Assembly (NCBI GenBank): GCA_963837485.1
Contig: CAWINP010000017.1
Coordinates: 21,885-85,884 of the forward strand
Origin: an uncultured Solirubrobacteraceae bacterium
GTDB lineage: Bacteria; Actinomycetota; Thermoleophilia; Solirubrobacterales; Solirubrobacteraceae
Direction: 5' to 3'
DNA: 64,000 bases
Positions 45,962-55,300 of the stretch are shown piece by piece. Both the position numbers and the translations under genes were made by a program. Below the pieces are notes generated by a model. That model was given only the letters and a program-made list of their open reading frames with translations, had not been told where the DNA came from and did no database searches. Each line of letters starts with the position of its first letter. The stretch's first letter is position 1.

Positions 45962-45990
45962 GTATCGGCATTGCCGGCAGGCGGCTTTAG
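45962..45990 (-). promoter_or_regulatory. Sigma-28/WhiG-type promoter of pilA leader
   Basis: CTAAAG-N15-GCCGATAC, the closest match to the FliA/WhiG consensus. It lies directly upstream of the riboswitch. Confidence 0.8.
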
Positions 45991-46032
45991 CATTTCTTCA
46001 ACCGTCCAAGGCTTCGTTGGACCGACAACGAG

Positions 46033-46058
46033 CGAGGGCCCTCTCGTGAGGGCCCTCG
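46033..46058 (-). terminator. Terminator after minor pilin operon
   Basis: CGAGGGCCCTC-TCGT-GAGGGCCCTCG, an 11-bp stem. Confidence 0.75.
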
Positions 46059-46084
46059 GGGTCTGACGGAGCGTCCGAGCGGCT

Positions 46085-47695
46085 CTAGCGCGCGGGAACC
46101 TGCTCGTTGGAGCGCACGATCCCCCACGCCGAGTCGATCGGGTTCAGGAAGAACGGCGGTGAGCGGTAGCGCAGCCGGTCGTCGTAGACGTAGTTCTTGA
46201 TGAAGCCCGTGTTGCCGCCGTTGGTGCCGACGGCGCCTCGGTAGCGCTGGGCGATCGCGCCGTTGACGTTGAGGTTGCCCAGCGCGACGCCGCAGTTGTA
46301 GTTGTCGACGATGAACGAGTGCTGCAGCGACAGGATCGCCGCGTCGATTTGCAGCCCCTTGTTGTTCATCGCGGTGCTGTAGTTGGCGCACGGGTTCGCG
46401 CTGCGGTTCACCTTGTGGCCGACGCGCACGTAGTTGTTGGCGATCAGCCCGAGCACCGAGTTCTGCTGGTTGACCAGACTCTCGTCCAGGCCGGTCCAGT
46501 CGAGCGTCCCGGAGGTCGTCGTGGGCGCGATGATGATGTCGTTCGAAGCCGCCACCGTGAGGCTCGAGGAGTACGTGCCGCTGACGTAGACGTTCCCGCA
46601 GCCGTTGTCCTCGGTGTAATCGGTCTGCACCGGATACTGCACCGGCTGGCAGGAGCCCTGGGTCGGGTCCGAATCGACGTAGATCACCCCGTTCTCCGGC
46701 AGGCCGACCATCGTCGTCACACCCTTGTTGCGGACGTACATGCTGTTGTTCGCGAAGCGGATGTACGTCTTGCCCTTGTAGTAGCCGGTGCCGGCCTGCG
46801 CGACGGCCTTCAGCTGCGAGTTGCTGGACGGAGGCTCGAGCTTGTCGGCGTTGGGCTTCCATACGCCGGCGATCACCGTGTTATCGCTGCAGCCGCCGTC
46901 GGCGACCCTCGGCGACGCGTTGCCCGGCTGTTTGGCGACCTCGATCTTGTCGCTGCTGTCGCGCCCGAACGTCGGCGACCCGCAGACCAGGAGGCTGTCA
47001 TTGGAGTGCAGCGGGCCCTTCACCTTGTCGCCGCTGACGAACTGGATCTCCGTGCACCCGCTGGGCCGCTGGCTGCGGAACTTGTTCGCGCAGTTGGTCT
47101 GCGCCGAGTCGCGCGCGGACTGCGTGGAGAGCGCCTGCGGGTCGAGGTCCTCGAAGTAGGTGAAGTAGAGGAAGTCGAGGAAGCCGTGGCGCCGGAACGT
47201 CGCCACGACGCTGCGCTTGAGCGTGGAGTTGTCGGCAGGCCGCCCGGTGGCGCGCACGCGGAAGGAGCCGGTCGTGAGATCCAGCACCGACGCCTGATCG
47301 GCCGTGCTGCACACTTTGGCCCCGTTCGCCGGCAGCATCTCGAGCGTGTATTGCGCGTTGGCGCCGGTGACCTTGCGCCAGTTGCGCGGGTCGGTGCCGA
47401 CGCCGTCCCACACCTTGTTGACCGGGTTCGCCTCGCTGCCGTTCGGCGCCGGCACGTTCTCGCACTTGGTCCAGTAGTCGTTGTCCTGCGCGAGGTGGGT
47501 GAGGTAGAAGTTCAACCCCGCCTCGGCGGCCGCGTACGCGGTCTTGCGGTCCTTCGACTGGCCGGACTGCGGCAGGTCGCCGTTGGCCGCCGCGAACGCC
47601 GCGGCCACGAACATCGACGCCACGAACGCGACCATGATCGTGATGAACATGGAGAACCCGCGCTCGTCGCGCAGTGTATGTCTGGAAGTCGTCAT
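46085..47695 (-). CDS. PilX/GspK-like large minor pilin (tip protein)
   Basis: 'DERG|FSMFIT' without Glu5, 'AYAAAEAG', 'GPLHSND' and C-terminal 'YVYDDRL...PPFF'. Confidence 0.8.
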   Translation of the reverse strand: MTTSRHTLRDERGFSMFITIMVAFVASMFVAAAFAAANGDLPQSGQSKDRKTAYAAAEAGLNFYLTHLAQDNDYWTKCENVPAPNGSEANPVNKVWDGVGTDPRNWRKVTGANAQYTLEMLPANGAKVCSTADQASVLDLTTGSFRVRATGRPADNSTLKRSVVATFRRHGFLDFLYFTYFEDLDPQALSTQSARDSAQTNCANKFRSQRPSGCTEIQFVSGDKVKGPLHSNDSLLVCGSPTFGRDSSDKIEVAKQPGNASPRVADGGCSDNTVIAGVWKPNADKLEPPSSNSQLKAVAQAGTGYYKGKTYIRFANNSMYVRNKGVTTMVGLPENGVIYVDSDPTQGSCQPVQYPVQTDYTEDNGCGNVYVSGTYSSSLTVAASNDIIIAPTTTSGTLDWTGLDESLVNQQNSVLGLIANNYVRVGHKVNRSANPCANYSTAMNNKGLQIDAAILSLQHSFIVDNYNCGVALGNLNVNGAIAQRYRGAVGTNGGNTGFIKNYVYDDRLRYRSPPFFLNPIDSAWGIVRSNEQVPAR

Positions 47696-48426
47696 GCGCA
47701 CGTGGGGGTAGGGGCGTCGTCGTTGGGGTCCGCGGCGCGGACGTAGACTTCGTCTTGGAAGAGTGCCGACACCGGACCGGTGGCCGAGCCCTTGGTCGGA
47801 AGGGCGCGGAAGGTGACGTCGATGCGCGCCACCCGCGCGAGGTCGGCGAGCGGAATGCCGCCGGCCGACGGCGTGTTGAGCTTGATGCTCGGCGACGGCG
47901 TCGCCGCGCCGTCATACGCGTAGTAGGTGAAGATCGGCGTCGTCCCGTCGGGCACGATGTCGGTCGCGATCACCCGCGTCGTGCTGGGCGCCGCCGGTAC
48001 GACGGGAATCCAGGGCGTGCTCGTCTTGTCCCACGACGTGACGTACGTCGTGTCGGTCATCTGCTTGGTGGTCGGGTCGTAGGCGAGCTTGTGCAGGTCG
48101 GCGACCGGCTTGGTGGTGGTGTCCGCGCCTTCCGTGAAGTCGGCGTAGAACGTCGCCGTCGAGTCGTTGGTGATGTCACCCGCCCGTGTTGCCATGGCGG
48201 AGATGATCGGACTCAGGCACACCTGCGAGCGGAGCTGGCGGGTGACCGTGTCCATGTACAGGCGTCCGCGTTGCGTCGCGTCGACGCGCTGGTCGACCTC
48301 GCCGGTGCGCTTGAGCGTGAACTCGAGCAGGGCGAAGGCGGCGAGCGAGACGATCATCGCGATCGTGATCGCGACGAGCAGCTCGGGGAGGGTGAAGCCG
48401 TCCTCGGAGCGTAGGCGCTTGGTCAT
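47692..48426 (-). CDS. Minor pilin (PilW-like)
   Basis: Class III signal 'SEDG|FTLPELLVAI'. Confidence 0.82.
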   Translation of the reverse strand: MTKRLRSEDGFTLPELLVAITIAMIVSLAAFALLEFTLKRTGEVDQRVDATQRGRLYMDTVTRQLRSQVCLSPIISAMATRAGDITNDSTATFYADFTEGADTTTKPVADLHKLAYDPTTKQMTDTTYVTSWDKTSTPWIPVVPAAPSTTRVIATDIVPDGTTPIFTYYAYDGAATPSPSIKLNTPSAGGIPLADLARVARIDVTFRALPTKGSATGPVSALFQDEVYVRAADPNDDAPTPTCA

Positions 48427-49913
48427 CAGCACGTCCCGCTGTGCCACTTGGTCGTCGAGGTGGCGTCGTAGTTCTCAACCGGCACATTCGGGTTCGACGT
48501 CTGGTTGGGTCTCCCGAATGGATTGGTGTTGTCGTACACCGTCCCGCCGTTGTCGGTCGGGTACACGGTGTAGCGGTACGGAGGGTTGCCGGTGCCGTTG
48601 CCGCGCTGGAAGCAGATCGTGTAGTACCCGAACGGGACGCCGGCCTCGACGTACCCGTTGGCCACCGGCTGCGAGCGCCCGACCACGCCGTAGTAGTTGG
48701 TGCCGCTGATGACCTGGGTGAAGGTCTTGAGCTCGATCGGCGGCTCGACGCATGTGTCGCCGGGGGCCTGGACCGGCCGGGCGACGACGCGCATGCCATT
48801 GGTCGCGTTCGTGCCGCTGCGGTCCTTGAACAGCCGGATGTTGAGGGGCGGCTGTCGAACCTTCACCGTCGTCGGCGTGCCCGGTGACACGGCGACCGAG
48901 CCCGGATAGGTCCCGAAGTAGGCGTCGTTGATGTCGGCGAACGTCGGGTTGCTGTACCGGCAAGTGCCCGTGTAGAACGAGTAGGGGCCTGTGAACGGAA
49001 ACAGGCCGTTGGCGCCGATCGTGCTCTGCGGCGACGCGGCCGGTCCGGCCTGGGGCTCGTTCCGGAAGAAGGAGGACGAGTCGCCGTTCTCCGCCGACAG
49101 GCGAAGGGAGGCCGATGGGACGATTGTCGAGCTGGTCGCCGTCGTCGAGCCGGGCTTGTAGGTCTCGATGGTCGCCGTGACCGATCCGGCGAAGTCGTAG
49201 TCGAAGCTGGCCGTGACGAGTTGTCCGGCGGGGACCGTCACCGACTGTGAGGGCGTCGGGTCGCCGTCCTTGTCGACCATCCCTGACCCGTTGAGCGTCA
49301 CCGTGTAGTCGCCCACCGGGATCATCTGGAACAGCGCGCAGCCCTGCTCGTTGGTGACCCCGTTGAGCGTCACCGGACCCGTCGCCGTCACCGGTACCCC
49401 GGAGACGACCTGGCCCGCCGCGTTGACGGCCTTGACCGCCAAGCTGCCGTGAATGGTGCTGTACTCGACGTTCGGCGCGACGATCGAATCGATTTGTACG
49501 GGCGCGGTCCGCGTGCCGACGACGTTCGACGTGACCACCGACGTGATGTGGAGGTAGTCGGCGTCGTCGGTGTCGTTGGCGCAGCTGACCGTGCCGCCGG
49601 TGGAGTCGCGCACCCACTCGACCTTCGATTGGACGTTGTAATTCGCGCCGTCGACGTTGAGCGGGCTGTTGACGATGCCGTAGGTCGCGAGCTGCTCGAC
49701 CGGCATGGTGCGTAGGCGCTCCTGGTCCTTCTCGGCCAGGGCCGCGGCGACGGAGCGGGCCTTCTCGCGCCCGGTCGACGACATCGCCCCGTCGATGCCG
49801 GACAGCACCGCGAGCGCGATGAGCGCGAGCACGGCGGCACTGACGATCACCTCGATCAGCGCGAAGCCGCGCTCGGATCGTGGTCTGCGACGGGCGTCCA
49901 TCAGGGGTGTCAT
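48426..49913 (-). CDS. Minor pilin (PilV-like) with extra C-terminal beta-sandwich domains
   Basis: 'SERG|FALIEVIVS', and 'TNEQGCALF...GDYTV' resembling a carboxypeptidase-regulatory domain. Confidence 0.8.
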   Translation of the reverse strand: MTPLMDARRRPRSERGFALIEVIVSAAVLALIALAVLSGIDGAMSSTGREKARSVAAALAEKDQERLRTMPVEQLATYGIVNSPLNVDGANYNVQSKVEWVRDSTGGTVSCANDTDDADYLHITSVVTSNVVGTRTAPVQIDSIVAPNVEYSTIHGSLAVKAVNAAGQVVSGVPVTATGPVTLNGVTNEQGCALFQMIPVGDYTVTLNGSGMVDKDGDPTPSQSVTVPAGQLVTASFDYDFAGSVTATIETYKPGSTTATSSTIVPSASLRLSAENGDSSSFFRNEPQAGPAASPQSTIGANGLFPFTGPYSFYTGTCRYSNPTFADINDAYFGTYPGSVAVSPGTPTTVKVRQPPLNIRLFKDRSGTNATNGMRVVARPVQAPGDTCVEPPIELKTFTQVISGTNYYGVVGRSQPVANGYVEAGVPFGYYTICFQRGNGTGNPPYRYTVYPTDNGGTVYDNTNPFGRPNQTSNPNVPVENYDATSTTKWHSGTC

Positions 49914-49948
49914 CGACGGGTCTCCATGGGGGGTTGAGCGCACGGCGG

Positions 49949-50404
49949 TCACCAGCGGTTCCCGTTGCCGTCCGCGGCGGAGAGGCAGCTGCCGTGTCCC
50001 GGGTTGCTGCAGTCGCGGCGGGTCACGCCGGCGTTGATGAGCTCGACGGAGTACGTGCCGCCGCCGTTGACGCCCGCGCTCGAGTCGACCGAGACCTTGA
50101 ACGTGCGGGCGCCGAGGCCGCTGAGCGTGAGGTTCGGCGCGTTGTCGAGCGACGGCTCGATCTTGATCAGCGCGGCGCCGGTCGCGCCGGCGTAGGTGTC
50201 GTGCTCGCTGTGCCACACCTCAATCGCCTTCTCGGCCGTGGCGGCGTAGACCTTCGCCTCACCGTCCTGCGCCTTGGAGCGCTGGTTGAGGAAGGCGGCG
50301 ATCCCCAGCGTCGCGAGGATGCCGATGATGACGATGACGACCAGCAGCTCGACGAGGGTGAAACCAGACTCGTCGGCCATCCGGCGGCGCGTGCGTGCGG
50401 GCAT
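49949..50404 (-). CDS. Type IV pilin (paralog of pilA)
   Basis: 'DESG|FTLVELLVVIVIIGIL...AFLNQRSKAQD', shared with pilA. Confidence 0.85.
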   Translation of the reverse strand: MPARTRRRMADESGFTLVELLVVIVIIGILATLGIAAFLNQRSKAQDGEAKVYAATAEKAIEVWHSEHDTYAGATGAALIKIEPSLDNAPNLTLSGLGARTFKVSVDSSAGVNGGGTYSVELINAGVTRRDCSNPGHGSCLSAADGNGNRW

Positions 50405-50413
50405 ACACCACAC

Positions 50414-50442
50414 ATGTCGGCGCCTCGCCGGGCGCTCTTGAG
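50414..50442 (-). promoter_or_regulatory. Sigma-28/WhiG-type promoter of minor pilin operon
   Basis: CTCAAG-N15-GCCGACAT, 9 nt before ATG 50404. Confidence 0.7.
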
Positions 50443-50454
50443 CGGGTCCGGACC

Positions 50455-50643
50455 TTAGTCGGCTACTTGCGGCTCCGCGCCGCCGGCCGCCTGGGCGTCA
50501 TGCCCGGGCAGGTAGCGGCCGCCGCCCTCGCACCACGGGCACCGGACGCGGTGCGCGGCGCCGCCGAGCGTGGAGATCACCTCGCCGGTCCCGCGACAGG
50601 CGGTGCAGGTCGCGGGATCGTGGGTGTCCTGGGGCGCGCTCAC
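50455..50643 (-). CDS. Small DnaJ-type zinc-finger protein
   Basis: A CxxCxGxG pair ('CTACRGTG', 'CPWCEGGG') in 62 aa. Confidence 0.7.
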   Translation of the reverse strand: MSAPQDTHDPATCTACRGTGEVISTLGGAAHRVRCPWCEGGGRYLPGHDAQAAGGAEPQVAD

Positions 50644-50654
50644 GCGCGTGGAGT

Positions 50655-51326
50655 CTAGAAGCCGGGCGGGGCGACCGAGTGCGCGGGGCCTCGGCGCTCG
50701 AGCCGCAGCGCCGGATCCGCGGGCCGGTCGGTCGGAAGCGAACGCCGCAGCGTCGGCGGCACCTCGCGATCGCTCAGCGGGCGCAGCAGGTTGTAGGCGC
50801 GGAAGGCCGTCTCCGCCTTGCCGGCCTCGGCGACGCGGAACAGGAACCCGGGCACCGCGGGCACGCCCAGCGGCGAGCGCGCGACGATCGCGGCCAGGGC
50901 GTCCGGCTGCAGGCACGGCTCGAGCTGCTCCGGGCCGAGCGGCTTGGTGAACAGCAGCGCCGCGTTCGGGGCGTCGTCGGGGTCGCCGAGCGTGGTGAGC
51001 GCGCTGCCGCCCACGCTCGTCCACAGCCAACCCTCGATGCCTTCCTCGCGCGGGACCACCGCGGTCGGGCTCAGCCGGCGCAGCACCGGGAAGCGGCCGG
51101 TGCCCGGGCCGGGGCGCGGGCCGCCGCGCTCCACGAGCCCGAGATGCAGCATCCCGAGCGGAAGCCGCAGCGGCGTGAGGAACATCTCCTCGTGGACGAA
51201 CGTCGCGCCGTCGGGGGTGATCCGCAGCTTGTCGTCGGTGTGACGGCGGCCCCAGCCGCGCGGCTCGAAGACCAGGAGATGGTCACGCGCGGCGCCGGGC
51301 GCTGCGGGAGGCGGTGCGGAGGTCAC
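50655..51326 (-). CDS. Hypothetical protein
   Basis: Protein-like C-terminal part of the long ORF. Its GTG overlaps the upstream TGA (GTGA). Confidence 0.65.
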   Translation of the reverse strand: MTSAPPPAAPGAARDHLLVFEPRGWGRRHTDDKLRITPDGATFVHEEMFLTPLRLPLGMLHLGLVERGGPRPGPGTGRFPVLRRLSPTAVVPREEGIEGWLWTSVGGSALTTLGDPDDAPNAALLFTKPLGPEQLEPCLQPDALAAIVARSPLGVPAVPGFLFRVAEAGKAETAFRAYNLLRPLSDREVPPTLRRSLPTDRPADPALRLERRGPAHSVAPPGF

Positions 51327-53714
51327 GACGATCGGAGAATCGGCTTCGTCGCGCCGATCTTGAGCGCCGGTGTCCGATCTCCGGCATACCGCAGGACCAG
51401 CATCGCACGGTCGTCGACGGCGCTGCCGGTCTGGAACTCGCGCAGCGCGGTCTCGATGTGCGCGAGGATTCCCTCCGGCTCGGGTCCGGCCTCGCCCAGC
51501 AGCGCGATCAGGCGCTCGTGACCGAAGCGGTCGCGCTCCCCCGGCGTGTCGGTGACGCCGTCGGTATAGAGCAGCAGCGTGTCGCCGGGCTCGAGCTCGA
51601 TCGCGTCCTGCTCGAACGCGAAGTCCTCGAGCGCGCCGAGCAGCGCGCCGTGGTGGCCGATCTCGGTCACCTCTCCCCCGCGCTTGAGCAGCGGGCGCGG
51701 GTGGCCGCCGGCGGCGACGGTCATCCGCGAGCCCTCGATCAGCGCGCATACGAGCGTCACCGGCGACAGCCGCGGCAGCTCGAGCAGGATCTCGTTGACG
51801 AGCGCCAGCACGGCCGCCGGCCGCGGATCGAAGCGGGCCGCGGTGCGCACCGAGTGGCGGACGAGTGAGGTCAGCGCGGCCGCCTCGATGCCCTTGCCGG
51901 TCACGTCGCCGAGAAAGACGAGCAGGCCGCCGCCCGCGGCCGGCGCGATGTCGTAGAAATCGCCGCCGACGTCGGTTCCCCGCTCGCCGGCCTGATAGGA
52001 CGCCGCCGCGGCCCAGTCGGGATGCTCCGGCAGCCGGGCGGGCAGCAGGCTCGCCTGCAGCGTGTGCGCGACGCGAGCCTGCTCGCGGTACAGGCGCGCG
52101 TTCTGGACCGCGGTGGCGGCGCGCAGCGCGATGTCCTGGGCGAACGCGAAGTCGTCGGAGCCGAATGTCCGGCCGCTGTCGGCCGACACGAACGTGATCG
52201 CGCCGAGCGTCTCCTCCCCCACCCGCATCGGCACCAGCATGCCGGCGCGGATACCGATCGCGGTCAGCGCGGCGAGCTGCTCGGGATCCTGCACCGACTG
52301 CGCGAGCAGTTCCTCCGGAACCTCCGGATAGAGCTCCGGCGGGCCGCCCCTGAGCACGGCCGCGACGCCCGTGGGGTCGTTCGGATTCGGCGGGTAGCGG
52401 CGGCGGAAATCCTCGGCCATGGCGACCTTGCCGGGGTCGACGTGCGCGAGCGCCACCTGCTCGATGTCGCCGTGCTCGCCGGCCATGTCGACCGCGCACC
52501 AGTCGGCGAGCCACGGGACGGCGAGCCGGGCGATCCGCTGGAGCGTCTGCTCGTAGTCGAGGCTCGAGGCGAGCAGCTGACCGGCCTGGGCGAGGAACCG
52601 CTGGCGCAGCTCCGCCTCCTTGGCCTGCGTGACGTCCTCGATGATGTTGACCGCGTACGCGCGCCCGCGGTCATGAAGCGTGCTGGCCTTGGTGAGCAGC
52701 CAGTACGCGCGGCCGGTGACGCGGTCGACGCTGCGGGTGAGCAGCTCCGGCCCCTCCTCGCCCTTGACCAGGCGCCGGCCGGGGAAGTCGTCGACGTTCA
52801 CCGCCGAGCCGTCCTCGGTGGTGATCGAGAAGCGCTGGGCGAGCTCGCCGGGCCGGGCGGCGAGGACCTCGTCGGGCGACGCGCGGCCGAGCAGGTCGGC
52901 GGCCGCCTGGTTGGCGTAGACCGTCTGGCCGGTGTCGTCGTGCACGGTGACGGCCTCGGCGAGCGCGCCGAGGATGCCGTCCAGGCGGGCGCGCGTGGAG
53001 CGCAGATCGGTGACCAAGAGCGACGTTGTTGAGCACCAGCGCGACGCGGCCGGCGAGGATCTCGAAGAACTCGAGGTCGGCGGCGTCGTAGTCGCCGGCC
53101 AGGCCGAGCGCGCCGATGGTGGCGTCGCCCGCCTTGAGCGGGACGACCGCGCCCCGCTGCGGGATGCGGCGGCTGCGCCCGTCTTCGAGCGTCTGCCGCG
53201 TGGCCTCGTTGAGCGGTCCCGTGACCGGGCCGGTGGCGAGCAGGCGGTGGGGCGCGTCGACCCAGGCGGCGCTGGCGATGACGGGCACGAGCGCGCGCTC
53301 GAGCCCTTCCAGCGCATCCTCGAGCTCCTCGGTGCCGTTCAGGCGGCCGACCGCGGCGAGCACCTGCATGCGGCCGCGATCGGCGCGGGCGCGGCCGAGC
53401 GCAGCCGCGGCGAGCGTGGCCAGGGTGCTGCCGGTGACGACGATCGTGGTACGCATCAGGTGGTCGCTCGAGCCTGCGTAGTCGTTCCACCAGCCGCTCA
53501 GGATCGCGAGCACGACCGCGCCGGCGCCGGCGATCAGGACCTGGCGCCAGCGGCCGGTGATCGCCAGCGCGACCGGCACCAGCACGTAGGCGCTGGTGAA
53601 CACCGCCTCGTCGCCTACGAGGGCGTCGATGACGCCGAGCGCCGCCTCGCACGCGAGGGCGAGCGCAAGGGCGAACCCGGGCCGGCGGTTGCGGACGTGA
53701 CCTGATCTGTCCAC
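51323..53714 (-). pseudogene. Membrane PAS/GAF - SpoIIE (PP2C) phosphatase with a frameshift near 53020
   Basis: TM N-terminus plus GAF in one frame. PAS, GAF and PP2C motifs 'VGGDFYD','GDVTGKG','YTDGVT','DD' in another. The join is at 'VALVLNNV/LVTDLR'. Confidence 0.8.
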
Positions 53715-54233
53715 TCAGGAAGATCGTATTCCGCCCGCTGCCTCGCCGAGAAGCCGTTCGACCAGCATCGTGTCCTTCCACTCGCCGTCGAGGCGGCCGT
53801 GGCGGCGCTGGACCCCGACCTCCGTGAAGCCGGCCCTCCGGTGCAGTCGCAGGCTCGCCTCGTTGGTGGTGAAGATGCGCGAGGTCAGCTTGTAGTAGCC
53901 GGCGTCCTCGGCGGCCTCGGCAAGCGCGTTGAGGAGGGTGAGGCCGATCTGGCGGCCACGGGCCTGGGGATCGACATAGATCCCGTGCTCGCCGATGCCC
54001 GCATACGCCTTGCGGGCGGAGTACGGCGTCAGGCGCGCGAAGCCGCGCGGCTCGCCGGTGGCGCCGTCGGCGGCCACCAGGAACGGGCGTCCGTCGTCGA
54101 GCCATTTCCGCACCTCGTCAGCGCTGCGCGGGCGCGTCTCGAACGTGGCCTGGCGCTCGGCGATGCCGCGGTTGTAGATGCGCGCGACCGCCTCAGCGTC
54201 GTCTAGCGTGGCGGGGCGGATGGTGACGCTCAT
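53715..54233 (-). CDS. GNAT acetyltransferase, phosphinothricin/ArsN1-like
   Basis: Motifs 'IYNRGIAERQATFET', 'IYVDPQARGRQIG' and 'NEASLRLH...GF..VG...G..DG.W.D'. Confidence 0.85.
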   Translation of the reverse strand: MSVTIRPATLDDAEAVARIYNRGIAERQATFETRPRSADEVRKWLDDGRPFLVAADGATGEPRGFARLTPYSARKAYAGIGEHGIYVDPQARGRQIGLTLLNALAEAAEDAGYYKLTSRIFTTNEASLRLHRRAGFTEVGVQRRHGRLDGEWKDTMLVERLLGEAAGGIRSS

Positions 54234-55300
54234 CCCGCGGCCGCCAGCGGCGGCGTTGGCCCGAGGACGCGCGTGAGCTCCTCCAACGAGCGCTCCACGC
54301 GGCCGATCTCGGTGCTCAGCCGCTCGCGCCGGGCGCGGATCGCGCCCAGGTCGCCGCTCGCGCCGGTGGTCAGCTCGCGCAGTTCGCGCTGCAGGCCCTC
54401 CAGGTGCGCGCGGCATCGCGCCCCGGCGTGGCGATCGAGCTCGTACACCCCGGACTCCCTGCCCCGCCGCACCGCCGGCGAGCGCCCGAGCTGCGTGAGG
54501 AACACCGCCAGCGGGTCCTTGCCGGCGACCTCATAGCCGCATTTCTCGAGCAGCGCGTACCAGTCGCGGTAGTGCAACGCGTCCGCCCAGCCGCACTCGA
54601 CCATCGCACGGACGGCCGCCACACGGATCTCGGGTCCGCGAAGCAATCGACCATCGGAGTCAGCACACGGGTCCGCGACGCTACGCGCGCCCGCGTCGCT
54701 ACGCGCCCCGGCGTCGCTACGCGCCCCGGCGTCGCCACGCGCCCCGGCGTCGCCACGCGCGCCGGCGTCGCTACGCGCGCCGGCGTCGCCACGCGCGCCG
54801 GCGTCGCCACGCGCCCCGGCGTCGCCACGCGCCCCGGCGTCGCCACGCACCCCGGCGTCGCCACGCACACGGCCGTGGCCACGGGCGTCTACGTCGCCGC
54901 GCACCCCGGCGTCGCCACCGCCATCCGCTTCGCCGCGGTCATGCGCATCGCCACGCGGCCCGGCGTGGCTAACCACCTCGGCGTGGCCACGCACCTCGGC
55001 GTCGCCGCCCAGTGGCGCGCCGCCGGCCACCGCCTGCGTGATTGCACGCGCTGCCGTGCGGCGGCGCGGTGTCCTGCGCCCGCGGCCGGGGGTGTCGTCG
55101 TGCGCGTCGGCGCCCAGCCGGGTCAGTCGGTCGAGGAGGGCGCGGCGCTCGTCGATCTCGATCAGACCGCGCTCGATACGCGTGAGCGCGCGGCGGAGCT
55201 CCTCGGCCTCCCCGGTCAGCCGGGCGCGGTGACGTTCGAGGTCGTCGTACTCGGCGGCGACGGCGCGGAGCAGGCGGGCAGAGGGCGGCGGGGCAGGCAT
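54230..55300 (-). CDS. Hypothetical coiled-coil / winged-helix-like protein with internal hexapeptide repeats
   Basis: N- and C-terminal coiled coils and a globular segment 'LHYRDWY...AGKDPLAVFLTQL.RSP...GVYELD'. It is coupled to the downstream GNAT gene (ATGA). Confidence 0.7.
   Translation of the reverse strand: MPAPPPSARLLRAVAAEYDDLERHRARLTGEAEELRRALTRIERGLIEIDERRALLDRLTRLGADAHDDTPGRGRRTPRRRTAARAITQAVAGGAPLGGDAEVRGHAEVVSHAGPRGDAHDRGEADGGGDAGVRGDVDARGHGRVRGDAGVRGDAGARGDAGARGDAGARGDAGARSDAGARGDAGARGDAGARSDAGARSDAGARSVADPCADSDGRLLRGPEIRVAAVRAMVECGWADALHYRDWYALLEKCGYEVAGKDPLAVFLTQLGRSPAVRRGRESGVYELDRHAGARCRAHLEGLQRELRELTTGASGDLGAIRARRERLSTEIGRVERSLEELTRVLGPTPPLAAAG
54680..54869. repeat. 18-bp tandem repeat x10 encoding R(G/S)DAG(A/V)
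   Basis: Unit about CGTCGCCACGCGCCCCGG. Degenerate copies continue to about 55010. Confidence 0.9.

Noticed and set aside
53715-54233. Arsenic/arsinothricin resistance island
   Set aside because: The GNAT is only family-level similar and no ars genes are adjacent.
54680-54869. RGD integrin-binding motifs
   Set aside because: The protein has no signal peptide, and RGD arises trivially from a GC-rich 18-bp repeat.
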